From NCBI GenBank assembly GCA_044235605.1, contig JBIIHO010000001.1, positions 1 to 31,588 on the forward strand: 31,588 bases of DNA, read 5' to 3'. Shown here one piece after another: positions 8,901 to 19,031 of the stretch (the stretch's first letter is position 1; each line of letters begins with the position of its first letter). The notes under the pieces are model-generated. The model did not search any database. It saw only the letters and a list, made by a program, of their open reading frames with translations, and was not told the origin of the DNA. This DNA comes from Steroidobacteraceae bacterium (lineage in GTDB: Bacteria; Pseudomonadota; Gammaproteobacteria; Steroidobacterales; Steroidobacteraceae). The position numbers and the translations under genes are program-made.

Positions 8901-10078
8901 CCGACGTATCGCATCAGGAAACAAGCCGAGGCGTACTCGCGCCGTGGGCGGCTCACGATGCGAGCTCTCGCGGTCGGCTCTATCCAGAGCCCTCGCCGGA
9001 AATGAGAGGTGAATTTCAGCGCGACCGCGATCGCATCGTGCACTCCAACGCTTTTCGTCGACTGGTTTATAAGACGCAGGTCTTCGTCAACCACGAAGGC
9101 GACCTCTACCGAACGCGACTGACGCACTCGATGGAGGTCGCTCAGATCGGGCGGACGATTGCCGGTGTACTTGGCTTGCACGAGACTCTCACCGAGGCCA
9201 TTTGTCTCGCGCACGATCTTGGGCATACGCCATTCGGGCACGCCGGACAGGACGCACTCAACGAGTGCATGCGCGAGTACGGTGGATTCGAACACAACCT
9301 TCAATCGCTGCGCGTCGTCGACTTACTCGAAGAACGATACGCCGAGTTCCCGGGGCTCAATCTCACTTACGAAACGCGCGAAGGTATCCTCAAGCATTGC
9401 TCGCTCAACAATGCACGGCAACTCGGTGAGCTGGGAGAGCGTTTTTTGCGACGCAGCCAACCGAGTCTCGAGGCGCAGCTCGCCAATCTTGCTGATGCCA
9501 TTGCGTACAACAACCATGATGTCGACGATGGACTCCGGGCTGGACTCGTCGAGGTCGACGCACTGCGCGACGTGACGCTATTCGGTCGCGAACATGCAGC
9601 TGTCATGGCGCGCTATCCGGACTTAAGTGGACGACGTGTCATCCACGAGACTATTCGGCGCATGATCAATCGCGTGGTGCGCGATGTCGTCGAAGCCAGT
9701 CGTGCACGCATTCTCGACTCGGGAGTTCGCTCGATCGACGAGGTACGTGCTCAGACTGAACCGCTCATCACATTGAGCGATGGGGTACGCGCGGAGCATA
9801 CCGAGCTCAAGCGTTTTCTGAACACTCATCTTTACCGACATCATCGAGTGCTAGGCATGACCGACAAGGCGCGCAAAGTATTACGCGAATTGTTCGAGGC
9901 GATGATGCGCGATATCGATCTGCTGCCGCGTGAACATCGTGATGCGGCAGCTGCGGCCGAGCGATTGGGCGGTAAAGCGGGGCGAGCCCGCGTCGTGGCA
10001 GATTATGTAGCGGGAATGACCGATCGTTATGCGATCGGCGAGCACCGACGACTCTTCACGCCCGCCGATCCGTTCTGA
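8897..10078 (+). CDS. dgt: Deoxyguanosinetriphosphate triphosphohydrolase-like HD protein
   Basis: FQRDRDRIVHSNAFRRL..KTQVF, RTRLTHSMEVAQI, AHDLGHTPFGHAG, DYVAGMTDRYA; GTGA overlap with the aroB stop. Confidence 0.93.
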   Translation: MTDVSHQETSRGVLAPWAAHDASSRGRLYPEPSPEMRGEFQRDRDRIVHSNAFRRLVYKTQVFVNHEGDLYRTRLTHSMEVAQIGRTIAGVLGLHETLTEAICLAHDLGHTPFGHAGQDALNECMREYGGFEHNLQSLRVVDLLEERYAEFPGLNLTYETREGILKHCSLNNARQLGELGERFLRRSQPSLEAQLANLADAIAYNNHDVDDGLRAGLVEVDALRDVTLFGREHAAVMARYPDLSGRRVIHETIRRMINRVVRDVVEASRARILDSGVRSIDEVRAQTEPLITLSDGVRAEHTELKRFLNTHLYRHHRVLGMTDKARKVLRELFEAMMRDIDLLPREHRDAAAAAERLGGKAGRARVVADYVAGMTDRYAIGEHRRLFTPADPF

Positions 10079-10087
10079 GCGATTACG

Positions 10088-11761
10088 TCAGAGCGTCTGA
10101 GCTTCGTCGCGCAAGGCGCGACGCAAAATCTTCCCGACGTTCGTCTTCGGCAACTCGTTTCGGAAGTACACGTATCGCGGTACTTTGTATCCGGTGAGCG
10201 ATCCGCGGCAGTGCTCGATGATCTGCTCTTCGGTGAGCTTGGGGTCTTTGCGAACGACAAACAGCGCAACCGCTTCGCCCGAGCGTTCATCGTTCTTGGC
10301 GACCGCCGCCGCTTCGAGCACTCCGGGATGCGTCACGGCGACGCTTTCGACTTCATTCGGATAAACGTTGAAACCGGACACGTTGATCATGTCCTTCTTG
10401 CGATCCTCGATGTACACGAAGCCGCGCTGATCCATTCGGCCCACATCGCCGGTTCTCAACCAGCCGTCGGGCAACATCACCTTCGCGGTTTCTTCGGGTC
10501 GATTGTAGTAGCCCTTCATCACCTGCGGGCCACGTACGCAAATTTCACCGACCTCGCCGACGGGCAGCATTCTGCCGTCGTCATCAGCGATGCCGATTTC
10601 GGTGGAAGAAATCGGTAAACCGATGGAGTCGTTGAAGTCGACGTCGATCGGGTTGATGCAGGCGGCAGGCGAGGTTTCGGTAAGCCCCCAAGCCTGCGTG
10701 AGAATGCAGCCCGTGACTTGCTTCCAGCGTTCCGCCACGGCGCGCTGAACGGCCATGCCGCCGCCGAGCGTGCAACGCAGTTTGCTGAAATCGACCTGAT
10801 CGAATCCTGGCGTATGCAGTAGTGCATTGAACAAAGTATTCACGCCCGAGATATAGGTGAACTTGTATTTTTTGAGTTCGGATACGAACCCGGGGAAGTC
10901 ACGCGGGTTGGTGATGAGGACGTTGGTCCAGCCTAATCTCAGGAATAAGATGCAGTTCGCCGTGAGTGCGAAGATGTGATACAGCGGCAGCGCCGTGATG
11001 GCGATGCCTACCTCGTCACGCGGCAAGACCGCTTCGGTCCACGCCGACGACTGAAGAACATTGGACACCATGTTGCCGTGACTGAGCATTGCGCCTTTCG
11101 AGACGCCCGTCGTTCCACCTGTGTACTGAAGGAACGCAAGATCGTCGTGCGTGAGGGAGTGCCGCAGGAGCTCGAGGCCACGCCCTTCACTAAGCGTGTC
11201 CGAAAAGCGCAGTGCGCCAGGAAGTTGGAAACCTGGGACGCCCTTGCGGATCCGACGTACGACGAAATCGACGATATTGCCTTTGGGAAAACCAAGTAGC
11301 TCACCGACGCTTGTGAGGATGACGGTGCGCACGCTCGTTCGCTCGATCACTTCCTGCAGGACGTGCGCAAAGTTTTCGAGAATGACGATGGTCTCTGCGC
11401 CCGAGTCCTTGAGTTGATGCTCGAGTTCGCGGGCGGTGTAGAGAGGATTGGTGTTGACGACCGTGCCGCCTGCACGCAGGACACCGAACAACGCGATCGG
11501 ATACTGCAGAACGTTCGGCAGCATGATCGCGACGCGATCACCGCGTTTGAGGCCGGTGCGATGCTGTAGCCAGGCTCCGAAAGCCTTTGACTCTCGATCG
11601 AGATCGCCGTAGGTGATCTGTCGGCCCATCTGTATGTACGCCGGACGATCAGCGAATTCCGTGAAGCACTGCTCGGCCATATGCGTGACCGAGGAGTACC
11701 GGTGGGGATCGATTTCGGCGGGAACGCCGGCGGGATAAGAAGACAACCAGATTTTCGACAT
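10088..11761 (-). CDS. fadD: Long-chain fatty acid--CoA ligase
   Basis: LQYTGGTTGVSKGAMLSHGN (AMP-binding motif), LPLYHIFALT, WGLTETSP, GWLRTGD, DRKKDMI.VSGFNVYPNE, KTNVGKILRR. Confidence 0.93.
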   Translation of the reverse strand: MSKIWLSSYPAGVPAEIDPHRYSSVTHMAEQCFTEFADRPAYIQMGRQITYGDLDRESKAFGAWLQHRTGLKRGDRVAIMLPNVLQYPIALFGVLRAGGTVVNTNPLYTARELEHQLKDSGAETIVILENFAHVLQEVIERTSVRTVILTSVGELLGFPKGNIVDFVVRRIRKGVPGFQLPGALRFSDTLSEGRGLELLRHSLTHDDLAFLQYTGGTTGVSKGAMLSHGNMVSNVLQSSAWTEAVLPRDEVGIAITALPLYHIFALTANCILFLRLGWTNVLITNPRDFPGFVSELKKYKFTYISGVNTLFNALLHTPGFDQVDFSKLRCTLGGGMAVQRAVAERWKQVTGCILTQAWGLTETSPAACINPIDVDFNDSIGLPISSTEIGIADDDGRMLPVGEVGEICVRGPQVMKGYYNRPEETAKVMLPDGWLRTGDVGRMDQRGFVYIEDRKKDMINVSGFNVYPNEVESVAVTHPGVLEAAAVAKNDERSGEAVALFVVRKDPKLTEEQIIEHCRGSLTGYKVPRYVYFRNELPKTNVGKILRRALRDEAQTL

Positions 11762-11793
11762 GGCGTGACTTTAGCCTTTGCTCGGGGTGGGGC

Positions 11794-12429
11794 TCAACGA
11801 CCGAGCATCGGTTTCAACACCGGCCAGACCGTGTCGAGCATGACAGGCTGGGCTTTAGCGGTGGGGTGTAGTCCGTCGGCCTGCATCATGCCGGGCGCGA
11901 GCGCGATTTTTTCGAGAAAGAAAGGCTCGAAGGGTAGGCGATAGCGTCTAGCGAGATCGCGAAAGAGCTGCTCGAATCCCTGTGAATACCTCGGTCCGTA
12001 ATTGGGCGGGATCTTCATACCGAGCAGCAGCACGCGGGCTCCCGATGCCCGCGAGGTTTCTATGATGCGCTCGAGATTTCGACGAGACGTCTCAAGGGGC
12101 AAGGCACGGAGACCGTCGTTGCCACCTAGCTCGACGATGACGATTTGGGGGCGGTGTACGGACAAGGCCCTCGGCAGGCGGGCGAGGCCGCCCGTGGTGG
12201 TTTCTCCGCTGACGCTGGCATTGACCACGCGGTATCCGTAACCTTGGGTCTGGAGTCGGCTTTGAAGCAGGGCTACCCAGCCCTCGTTGGAGGCCAGACC
12301 GTAACCCGCGCTGACGCTATCTCCCAGAACCAATATGGTCGGGTTGTCGTTGCGCGCCGTATTGCCATAGGACCATGCTGGCGCGATCGCAACCAGCAAT
12401 GCCAAGACGAAGGAACGTTTCGTGACCAA
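11794..12429 (-). CDS. tesA: Arylesterase / acyl-CoA thioesterase I (SGNH/GDSL hydrolase)
   Basis: GDSVSAGYG, NASVSGETT.GGL.RL, ELGGNDGLR, IPPNYG and DGLHP catalytic motifs. A signal-like N-terminus follows the TTG at 12429. The longer ORF-track start (12645) is antisense to ybbA. Confidence 0.88.
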   Translation of the reverse strand: MVTKRSFVLALLVAIAPAWSYGNTARNDNPTILVLGDSVSAGYGLASNEGWVALLQSRLQTQGYGYRVVNASVSGETTTGGLARLPRALSVHRPQIVIVELGGNDGLRALPLETSRRNLERIIETSRASGARVLLLGMKIPPNYGPRYSQGFEQLFRDLARRYRLPFEPFFLEKIALAPGMMQADGLHPTAKAQPVMLDTVWPVLKPMLGR

Positions 12430-13099
12430 AGATATCGTCCTCGAAGCCCGTGAACTGTCGAAAGAGGTTAGCAGCCCTGAAGGCAGACTCGCCATTGTGC
12501 AGAAGGTTTCCTTCTCGGTTCGCTCGGGCGAGTCGGCAGCTATCGTCGGCGCATCGGGGGCCGGTAAATCGACGCTTTTGGCATTGCTTGCCGGCCTCGA
12601 CACGCCGACAGCGGGGAAGGTGTTGCTTGCTGGGCAAGATCTCACCTCGCTCGATGAAGATGGTCGGGCCCGCCTCCGCGCCGAGCGCGTCGGCTTCGTT
12701 TTTCAGTCTTTTCATCTCGTGCCAGCCCTTACGGCACTCGAAAACGTGATGTTGCCGCTCGAACTCGCCGGTCGTCCCGACGCGAAAACTGCTGCACTTG
12801 AGGCGCTCGAGCGTGTTGGGTTGCGTGAGAGGGTTGGGCACTATCCGAAGCAGCTGTCTGGGGGCGAACAACAACGCGTCGCCATAGCCCGAGCATTCGT
12901 CGTCCGGCCAGCCGTGCTGTTCGCCGACGAACCCACAGGAAACCTCGACACCGTAACGGGCGGGCGAATCGCCGATTTGCTCTTCGACCTGAACAGTCAT
13001 TCCGGAACCACGCTCGTTTTGGTTACGCATGATCGAGCGTTGGCGGCGCGTTGCAATCAGGTTTGGATCATGGAGGCCGGGCGTCTCGCCCCGGGCTGA
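12422..13099 (+). CDS. ybbA: ABC transporter ATP-binding protein, YbbA/LolD-like
   Basis: GASGAGKST Walker [15 protein letters not shown] signature, [15 protein letters not shown]; head-to-head with tesA as in E. coli. Confidence 0.9.
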   Translation: MTKDIVLEARELSKEVSSPEGRLAIVQKVSFSVRSGESAAIVGASGAGKSTLLALLAGLDTPTAGKVLLAGQDLTSLDEDGRARLRAERVGFVFQSFHLVPALTALENVMLPLELAGRPDAKTAALEALERVGLRERVGHYPKQLSGGEQQRVAIARAFVVRPAVLFADEPTGNLDTVTGGRIADLLFDLNSHSGTTLVLVTHDRALAARCNQVWIMEAGRLAPG

Positions 13100-13101
13100 G
13101 C

Positions 13102-15600
13102 ATGCTGCGTCGGTCCGCCATCCTCGGGATACGTTTGCTCGGCCGTGAATGGAAGTCGGGCGAACTCGGTATTTTATTGATCGCCCTCATCGTGGCAGTC
13201 GGTGCGCTCACCGGTGTGGGGTTCCTCGTCAACCGCATCAGCCAGTCGGTTGCGCTGCAGGCCAACGAAGTGCTTGCCGCAGACCTACGCCTCGAATCCG
13301 GATCGGCCGCACCCGAAGAGACCTATGTCGTCGAGGCGAACAATCGTGGCTTGAGAACGGCGCGCAGCACGTCGGTGCTGAGTGTCGTTTTTCGTGACGA
13401 TCGCAATCAGCTTGCCAACGTACGCGCCGTCAGTGAAGGCTACCCACTGCGCGGCACCGTGGGCGTTGCAGACGAAGCGTTCGGCGTTCCGGTGGCTGTG
13501 GGTCGCGGCCCCGCGCGCGGCGAGGTCTGGCCCGACTCAAAACTGCTAGCGGCTCTCGACGTCGCGGTGGGTGACACCCTGTCGGTGGGGGCGGCGACTT
13601 TCCGAGTTACCCGTGTACTCATCACACGACCCGATCAGGGCGGCGGCTTCGGTGAGCTCGCGCCGTCAATGCTCATGCATGCCGAGGATTTACCGTCGAC
13701 TCGTCTGCTGCAGCCGGGTTCGCGAGCGACACACGCTTTGCTTTTTGCCGGAGAGCGCGAGGCCGTCGTGAGTTTCAAGGCTTGGCTCGATAAGACCAAG
13801 CAACGTGGACAGCGTCTGCTCGATGTCAGCGAGGCGAGTCCTCAAATCCAGAATGCGATTGATCGCGCGGGCCGCTTCTTGAGTTTGGCGAGCCTCGTTG
13901 CAGTGTTGCTCTGCGCGATCGCCGTCGCCATGGCAGCGAGACGTTATGTTCAGCGCCATCTCGACTCCGTAGCACTGCTTAAAACTGTAGGTGCGACGCG
14001 CGGGTTTACGCTTTCGATGAGTCTCGTGCAGCTTTGCCTCATTGCGATCGTGGCCGCGCTCATCGGATCGGGCGTCGGGTATCTCGCTCAAGAGTGGTTG
14101 CTGCGCGCCCTCGAGGGGTTGTTGCGGGCCAATCTTCCGCCACCTGATCTACTGCCGCTCGGCCTCGGCTTCCTCACCGCGATCGCATTGCTCGCAGGGT
14201 TTGCATTGCCACCTTTGTTGCAGTTGTCGCGAGTACCCGCAATTCGAGTGCTCCGACGAGACATGGAACCACCACCGCCCGTAGTCTGGCTCGCGTTCGG
14301 TCCTGCGATCGCTGCCGTCGTGTTTCTCGTTTGGTGGGTCGTGCGCGATGCACGACTCTTCACCGGTTTCATCGTTGGACTCACGGTCTTCACTGCGATT
14401 CTCGCCCTTGCGGGTTGGGCGATGGTTCGACTCGCCGGCTCGATGCGAGGTTCGGTCGGCGTATCGTGGCGTTACGGTATCGCCAACTTGAGTCGTCGGC
14501 GCTCGGAGAGCGTGGTGCAGATCGTGGCTTTCGGTCTCGGCATCATGGTGCTGCTACTGCTGGCGGTCGTGCGCAACGACCTACTCACCGATTGGCGCCG
14601 TAGCCTTCCCGAAAATTTACCTAACTTCTTCTTCATCAATATCCCACCCGATGAGCGCATGGCGTTCTTCGAGTTTCTCGATGAACAAGGCGCCTCGAGA
14701 TCTCGCGCGCTGCCGATGATTCGAGCGCGTCTCACTCAGATCAACGGCGAGTCGATTCAGACCCTGCAGTTTGCCGACCCTCGGGGCGAAGGGTATTCGC
14801 GCCGTGACCAAAACATCACCTGGCAAGCCGAGCTCGGCGATGACAACCAGATCGTTGCGGGACGCTGGTGGACACAGGCAGAGCATGGACGTCCTCTCGT
14901 ATCAATCTCCGATGAGTATCAGGAGGGCCTCGGACTCAAGATCGGTGATCGCATGATCTTCGATATCGCCGGTGAAATTATTGAAGCCGAGGTCGCCAGC
15001 GTTCGTAAGATCAAGTGGGACAGTTTCCAGCCTAATTTCTTCATCGTATTTCCGCCGGGGCTGTTAGACGAGCTCGCAGGCACTTGGATGACGAGCGCCT
15101 ACTTCAAACCCGGCGACGGACGCGTGATCTCTAATTTGGTTCGCCGATTCCCGAGCGTCTCGGTTTTCGATCTCGACGATCTACTGTCACAGGTTCGCTC
15201 GGTAGTCGATAAGGCCGCGATGGCAGTGCAGAGCGTCTTCGTATTCACGCTGTTTGCCGGTCTCGTGGTGCTGCTCGCCGCTGTGCAGGCCTCGCGTGAC
15301 GAAAGACGTTACGAGAGTGCGATGTTGCGTACCTTGGGCGCGAGTCGTGGAACGGTAGCTCGTGGCATCTTGGCCGAGTTCAGTGCGCTCGGTCTCCTTT
15401 CGGGTTTGCTTGCCGCGACGGGAGCTTCGATTGCCGGATACTTCCTAGCGCAGCAGATCCTGCAGGTGTCCTACTCCTTCGACCCTTTGCTTTGGTTGCT
15501 CGGTTTGTTGGGAGGCGGCGCTCTAGTTGCTGCAAGCGGTTGGCTCGCGACGCGTAGCGTTTTGAAGCAACCACCCGCGAGCACCTTGAGGGGCGGCTGA
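13102..15600 (+). CDS. ybbP: ABC transporter permease, YbbP-like (double FtsX domain)
   Basis: REWKSGEL, LAADLRL, GYPLRG, RRYVQRHLD.VA.LKT.GA, PNFFFINI, W.SFQPNFFIVF and E.AMLRTLGA motifs; ATG 2 nt after the ybbA stop. Confidence 0.88.
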   Translation: MLRRSAILGIRLLGREWKSGELGILLIALIVAVGALTGVGFLVNRISQSVALQANEVLAADLRLESGSAAPEETYVVEANNRGLRTARSTSVLSVVFRDDRNQLANVRAVSEGYPLRGTVGVADEAFGVPVAVGRGPARGEVWPDSKLLAALDVAVGDTLSVGAATFRVTRVLITRPDQGGGFGELAPSMLMHAEDLPSTRLLQPGSRATHALLFAGEREAVVSFKAWLDKTKQRGQRLLDVSEASPQIQNAIDRAGRFLSLASLVAVLLCAIAVAMAARRYVQRHLDSVALLKTVGATRGFTLSMSLVQLCLIAIVAALIGSGVGYLAQEWLLRALEGLLRANLPPPDLLPLGLGFLTAIALLAGFALPPLLQLSRVPAIRVLRRDMEPPPPVVWLAFGPAIAAVVFLVWWVVRDARLFTGFIVGLTVFTAILALAGWAMVRLAGSMRGSVGVSWRYGIANLSRRRSESVVQIVAFGLGIMVLLLLAVVRNDLLTDWRRSLPENLPNFFFINIPPDERMAFFEFLDEQGASRSRALPMIRARLTQINGESIQTLQFADPRGEGYSRRDQNITWQAELGDDNQIVAGRWWTQAEHGRPLVSISDEYQEGLGLKIGDRMIFDIAGEIIEAEVASVRKIKWDSFQPNFFIVFPPGLLDELAGTWMTSAYFKPGDGRVISNLVRRFPSVSVFDLDDLLSQVRSVVDKAAMAVQSVFVFTLFAGLVVLLAAVQASRDERRYESAMLRTLGASRGTVARGILAEFSALGLLSGLLAATGASIAGYFLAQQILQVSYSFDPLLWLLGLLGGGALVAASGWLATRSVLKQPPASTLRGG

Positions 15601-15623
15601 TCGTACAAACTCCGGAGGTCATC

Positions 15624-17147
15624 ATGACAAGACTCACGCGGTGCAATACATCGTTCAGGCCTCTGACCTCACTTCTCCTCGCTGCCGTTGTGGTCCCTGG
15701 CACGCTCGCCGATACGGGACTCACCATTTACAGTTCCGCGGAGCCGGGCGCGGTACCCGCGGAGTTGTACCGGCCCGTCAACGGATCCAGCACGATAACG
15801 GGACGTTCCTTACCGGGCTTTGCCATAGTGCGTGAAGAACGCGAACTCGATCTTCCTGCTGGGCGCTCACAACAAAGATTTTCAGACGTCGCGGCTTTAA
15901 TCGATCCGACCACCGTCAATTTCGTTTCGCTCACAGACCCCTCGACACGCGTCATCGAGCAAAGTTTTCAGTTCGATCTGGTCAATTCAAAAAAATTGAT
16001 CGAGCGACATATCGGTCGACCGGTGACCGTAGAGCGTGTGCAGGGCGGTCAGGTCAGCACGACCGCCGGAACTCTGCTCTCTGCGGGCGACGGTCTCGTA
16101 TTGCGCGCGGCGGATGGAACGATCTCGACTCTTCGAGAGCACTCGGCGATCCGTTTCTCGGAACTGCCAGGTGGTCTTATCACCAAGCCGACGCTGGAGT
16201 GGACGCTTAATTCATCGCGCGCAGGAAAACATCGAACGAGAGTGTCATACGAGACCGGCGGCATCACGTGGTGGTCGGACTATAACCTCGTCTTTAAGCC
16301 GGGTCGCGATGCCAATAGCGGTACGCTCGACTTGTCTGCATGGGTTAGCATCGTCAATCTCTCGGGGGCGTCGTATCGTGATGCACGACTGAAGCTTGTC
16401 GCTGGCGACGTTCAACGTAACTCTCCGCAGAATCGTCTGCGATCTGTCGCCGCCGCTGCGATGGTCACGAGCGCAGAGGACGAAGCCGGGTTTTCTGAGA
16501 AGGCTTTCTCCGAGTATCACCTCTACACCCTGGGACGACGTACGGATCTCCCTGACAACTCAACCCGACAGATCGAGCTCTTCGAACAGGTTCGACAAAT
16601 TCCGGCAAAAAAACTTTTGATCTACCGAAGTGCCGAGGCAGGATTTGGTGGACTTTTTCTCGATCGTGATTTCGGAGCATCCTCGAGTCGCTCGGTTGAT
16701 GTCTTTCTTGAATTCAGAAATGACCGCGCTAACGGACTCGGTGTGCCCCTGCCGGCAGGTCGAATTCGTGTATCGCAGCTTGATGATGCAGACGGCAGCC
16801 TAGAATTTATAGGAGAGGACCGTATCGGCCACACGCCGCGCGATGAGCGTGTACGAATCAAGCTCGGGACGGCATTCGACGTCGTCGGCGAGCGACGGCA
16901 GATCGATTTTACGATCGACACCCGAGCTCGATGGCTGGAAGAAGAGGTCGAGCTCAAAGTCCGTAACCGGAAAAACGAAACAGCCGAGGTGACGATCGTT
17001 GAGTCCCTGTTTCGTACGGCGCAATGGAAGATCGTCAAGCAAAGCCAGGAATCGAACAAGCTCGACGCCCGTCAGATTCAGTTCGTGACCAAGCTTCCGA
17101 AGGACGGCGAGGCCGTGGTGCGCTACCGAGTTCGTTATACCTGGTGA
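15624..17147 (+). CDS. Exported DUF4139-domain protein
   Basis: Signal peptide; IDPTTV, EQ.F.FDL, Y.T.G.TW..DY, Y.L.R.TDL, G.PLPAG.IRV...D..G..EFIGED.I.HTP and LG.AFDVVGER motifs; GGAGG RBS. Confidence 0.8.
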   Translation: MTRLTRCNTSFRPLTSLLLAAVVVPGTLADTGLTIYSSAEPGAVPAELYRPVNGSSTITGRSLPGFAIVREERELDLPAGRSQQRFSDVAALIDPTTVNFVSLTDPSTRVIEQSFQFDLVNSKKLIERHIGRPVTVERVQGGQVSTTAGTLLSAGDGLVLRAADGTISTLREHSAIRFSELPGGLITKPTLEWTLNSSRAGKHRTRVSYETGGITWWSDYNLVFKPGRDANSGTLDLSAWVSIVNLSGASYRDARLKLVAGDVQRNSPQNRLRSVAAAAMVTSAEDEAGFSEKAFSEYHLYTLGRRTDLPDNSTRQIELFEQVRQIPAKKLLIYRSAEAGFGGLFLDRDFGASSSRSVDVFLEFRNDRANGLGVPLPAGRIRVSQLDDADGSLEFIGEDRIGHTPRDERVRIKLGTAFDVVGERRQIDFTIDTRARWLEEEVELKVRNRKNETAEVTIVESLFRTAQWKIVKQSQESNKLDARQIQFVTKLPKDGEAVVRYRVRYTW

Positions 17148-17779
17148 TCGTCGCGGCGGTAGGCACGAAGAAATACTTTGACGTGCTCCTCGATGAGCGT
17201 CGGCAGGGAGAGGGGACGACAGCGCGCGCCCTTTAGATCGTGCTGGTGTAATAAGGCGAGTAGCAGAGGCGAGAGCAGCATGAGGGCGGCATGCCGCATG
17301 TCGCCCTCGACGAGCGTGCCGCGAGAGACATAAGAAGCGAGCCTCGTCTCGAGAGCCTGAAGGGTGGGCTCGAGAACATCCTGCAGGTAATCGAGCGCTG
17401 TACCTTGGTGTCTCAACCCCTCCGCGAGTCCGATGCGGTGCAGCGAGCCGATGACGCCCTCGGTCCATCCTCGGACGATGCGCGTCAGGAAATCTTTAAG
17501 AGACGCTTCGAGGTCGATTTCGGTGTCGTCGATCTCGCGTGTGCGTTGGAGATGTCGCTCCCCGGCCTTCACATGATGAGTAAAGACGGCCTTGATGAGC
17601 GCCTCTCGAGTCCCGAAATAGTGGCGGAGTGTAGTGACACTTACCCCAGCCGAGAGGGCGAGCTCTCGGAAGCTCGGCGGCTCGCCAGTTTGCATAGCCA
17701 GCCGCTCTTGCGCCTTTAAAATCAAGGCGTTACGACGCTGGTCGAATTGAACGTTGCGGGCCCCTGCCGGTCTGGCCAT
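17135..17779 (-). CDS. TetR/AcrR-family transcriptional regulator
   Basis: MARPAG...PSFRELALSAGVSVTTLRHYFGTREALI is a TetR HTH. GGGGA RBS precedes ATG 17779. Divergent from the export operon. Confidence 0.88.
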   Translation of the reverse strand: MARPAGARNVQFDQRRNALILKAQERLAMQTGEPPSFRELALSAGVSVTTLRHYFGTREALIKAVFTHHVKAGERHLQRTREIDDTEIDLEASLKDFLTRIVRGWTEGVIGSLHRIGLAEGLRHQGTALDYLQDVLEPTLQALETRLASYVSRGTLVEGDMRHAALMLLSPLLLALLHQHDLKGARCRPLSLPTLIEEHVKVFLRAYRRDDHQV

Positions 17780-17789
17780 ATCAGCTTCC

Positions 17790-17827
17790 CCAATCGCGAT
17801 TGGATAAATTAGATCAAATGATTTAAT
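17790..17827. promoter_or_regulatory. Two palindromes in the divergent tetR/export promoter; candidate operators
   Basis: Perfect 14-bp palindrome CCAATCGCGATTGG (17790-17803) and near-perfect ATTAGATCA-AA-TGATTTAAT (17808-17827), in an AT-rich spacer. Confidence 0.55.
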
Positions 17828-17872
17828 ATATTTCAACACTGATTTTCAGGTGTACCAAGGACCGGTATCGAT

Positions 17873-19012
17873 ATGGCTTTTGACGAACCTCAACCTAGTT
17901 TCTTTTCACGTTACCGCTGGCCCGTGATCGCAGCGCTGGTGATCGCTCTCGTCGCCTTTGTGATGTTTCGCAATTCGCGTCCGACACCGGTAGGAGTCAT
18001 CGAGGCTCGACAAGGCCCCGCCGAGCGTGTGCTCGCAATCTCCGGACGCACTCGGCCGCAGGTAACGGTAAACATCGTCCCGAAGTCGCCTGGTCAGATC
18101 ATTCGCCTGACGAAAGAGGAAGGCGATTCGGTCAAAGCTGGTGAACTCCTGGCCCAGTTGGACTCCGAAGCACCCCGTGCCGCCGTCGACGAGGTGCTCT
18201 CAAAGATCACTCTCCAACAACGCGCCGTCGCCGAAGCAGAACGAAATTTCCGCCGTATCGAACAACTTCGCGCTCAAGGCCTCGCCACCGTAAAAGAATT
18301 CGACTCTGCGAGGTTTGAGCTCGATCAGGCCAAAGTCTCTCTGGAAGGCCTCGCCGCAACCCGGCGCGAGGTGGCCAGTCGTCTCAGCGACAACACCATC
18401 GTCGCACCGGTTTCAGGCGTAGTGTTGTCGCGTCCGATCGATCCGGGTCAGGTCGTCGGCGCAAACACCGTGATCTATGAAATCGCTCCTCTTTCCGACG
18501 TGGAGATCGAAGCCGACGTCGACGAGCGTTATCTTCCGGAAATTCGCGAAGGCCTCAAAGCCGACATCCTCGTCACCGGGCAGCCAAAGCCGATCAGCGC
18601 CACCCTGTATTACGTATCACCCAAGGTCGATCCGCGAACAGGTGGCGCTCGAGTCAAACTGAAAATCGATCAGCAGATCGAGGGACTACGCTCTGGGCTC
18701 ACCGCCGATGTGAACATCATCGTCGAGCGCCGTGACGCTGCCATTACGGTATCGCGTAGCGCCATCCTCGGCAGAGGTGGCGAGGCGCGCGTACTCTTGG
18801 TCGCTGACGGCCGTGTCGTTCCGCAACCCGTGAGTTTCATGGAGTGGCCGAGCGAGCGGGTGATCGTGCTCGCCGGATTGCAACCGGGTCAGCAGGTGCT
18901 TGCGAGTCCGCGTGCTGACCTCATCGGCGAGCGGGTGATTCCGACCACCGACTATTCAAAGATTCCACCGGGCGAACGCCCTCGCGGCTCCGAAGCGCGC
19001 AAGTCGCTTTGA
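17873..19012 (+). CDS. Membrane fusion / periplasmic adaptor protein (MacA/HlyD-like)
   Basis: N-terminal TM segment; EGD.VKAGELLAQLD hairpin entry; coiled coil; I.APVSGVV, V.ADVDE, I.PKVDPRTG and LRSGLTADV motifs. Confidence 0.88.
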   Translation: MAFDEPQPSFFSRYRWPVIAALVIALVAFVMFRNSRPTPVGVIEARQGPAERVLAISGRTRPQVTVNIVPKSPGQIIRLTKEEGDSVKAGELLAQLDSEAPRAAVDEVLSKITLQQRAVAEAERNFRRIEQLRAQGLATVKEFDSARFELDQAKVSLEGLAATRREVASRLSDNTIVAPVSGVVLSRPIDPGQVVGANTVIYEIAPLSDVEIEADVDERYLPEIREGLKADILVTGQPKPISATLYYVSPKVDPRTGGARVKLKIDQQIEGLRSGLTADVNIIVERRDAAITVSRSAILGRGGEARVLLVADGRVVPQPVSFMEWPSERVIVLAGLQPGQQVLASPRADLIGERVIPTTDYSKIPPGERPRGSEARKSL

Positions 19013-19031
19013 TTCACGGAGCGCTACCGTC

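Noticed and set aside
8897-10078. dGTPase as an anti-phage defence gene
   Set aside because: It is translationally coupled to aroB in the common aroK-aroB-dgt housekeeping arrangement, with no defence-island neighbours.
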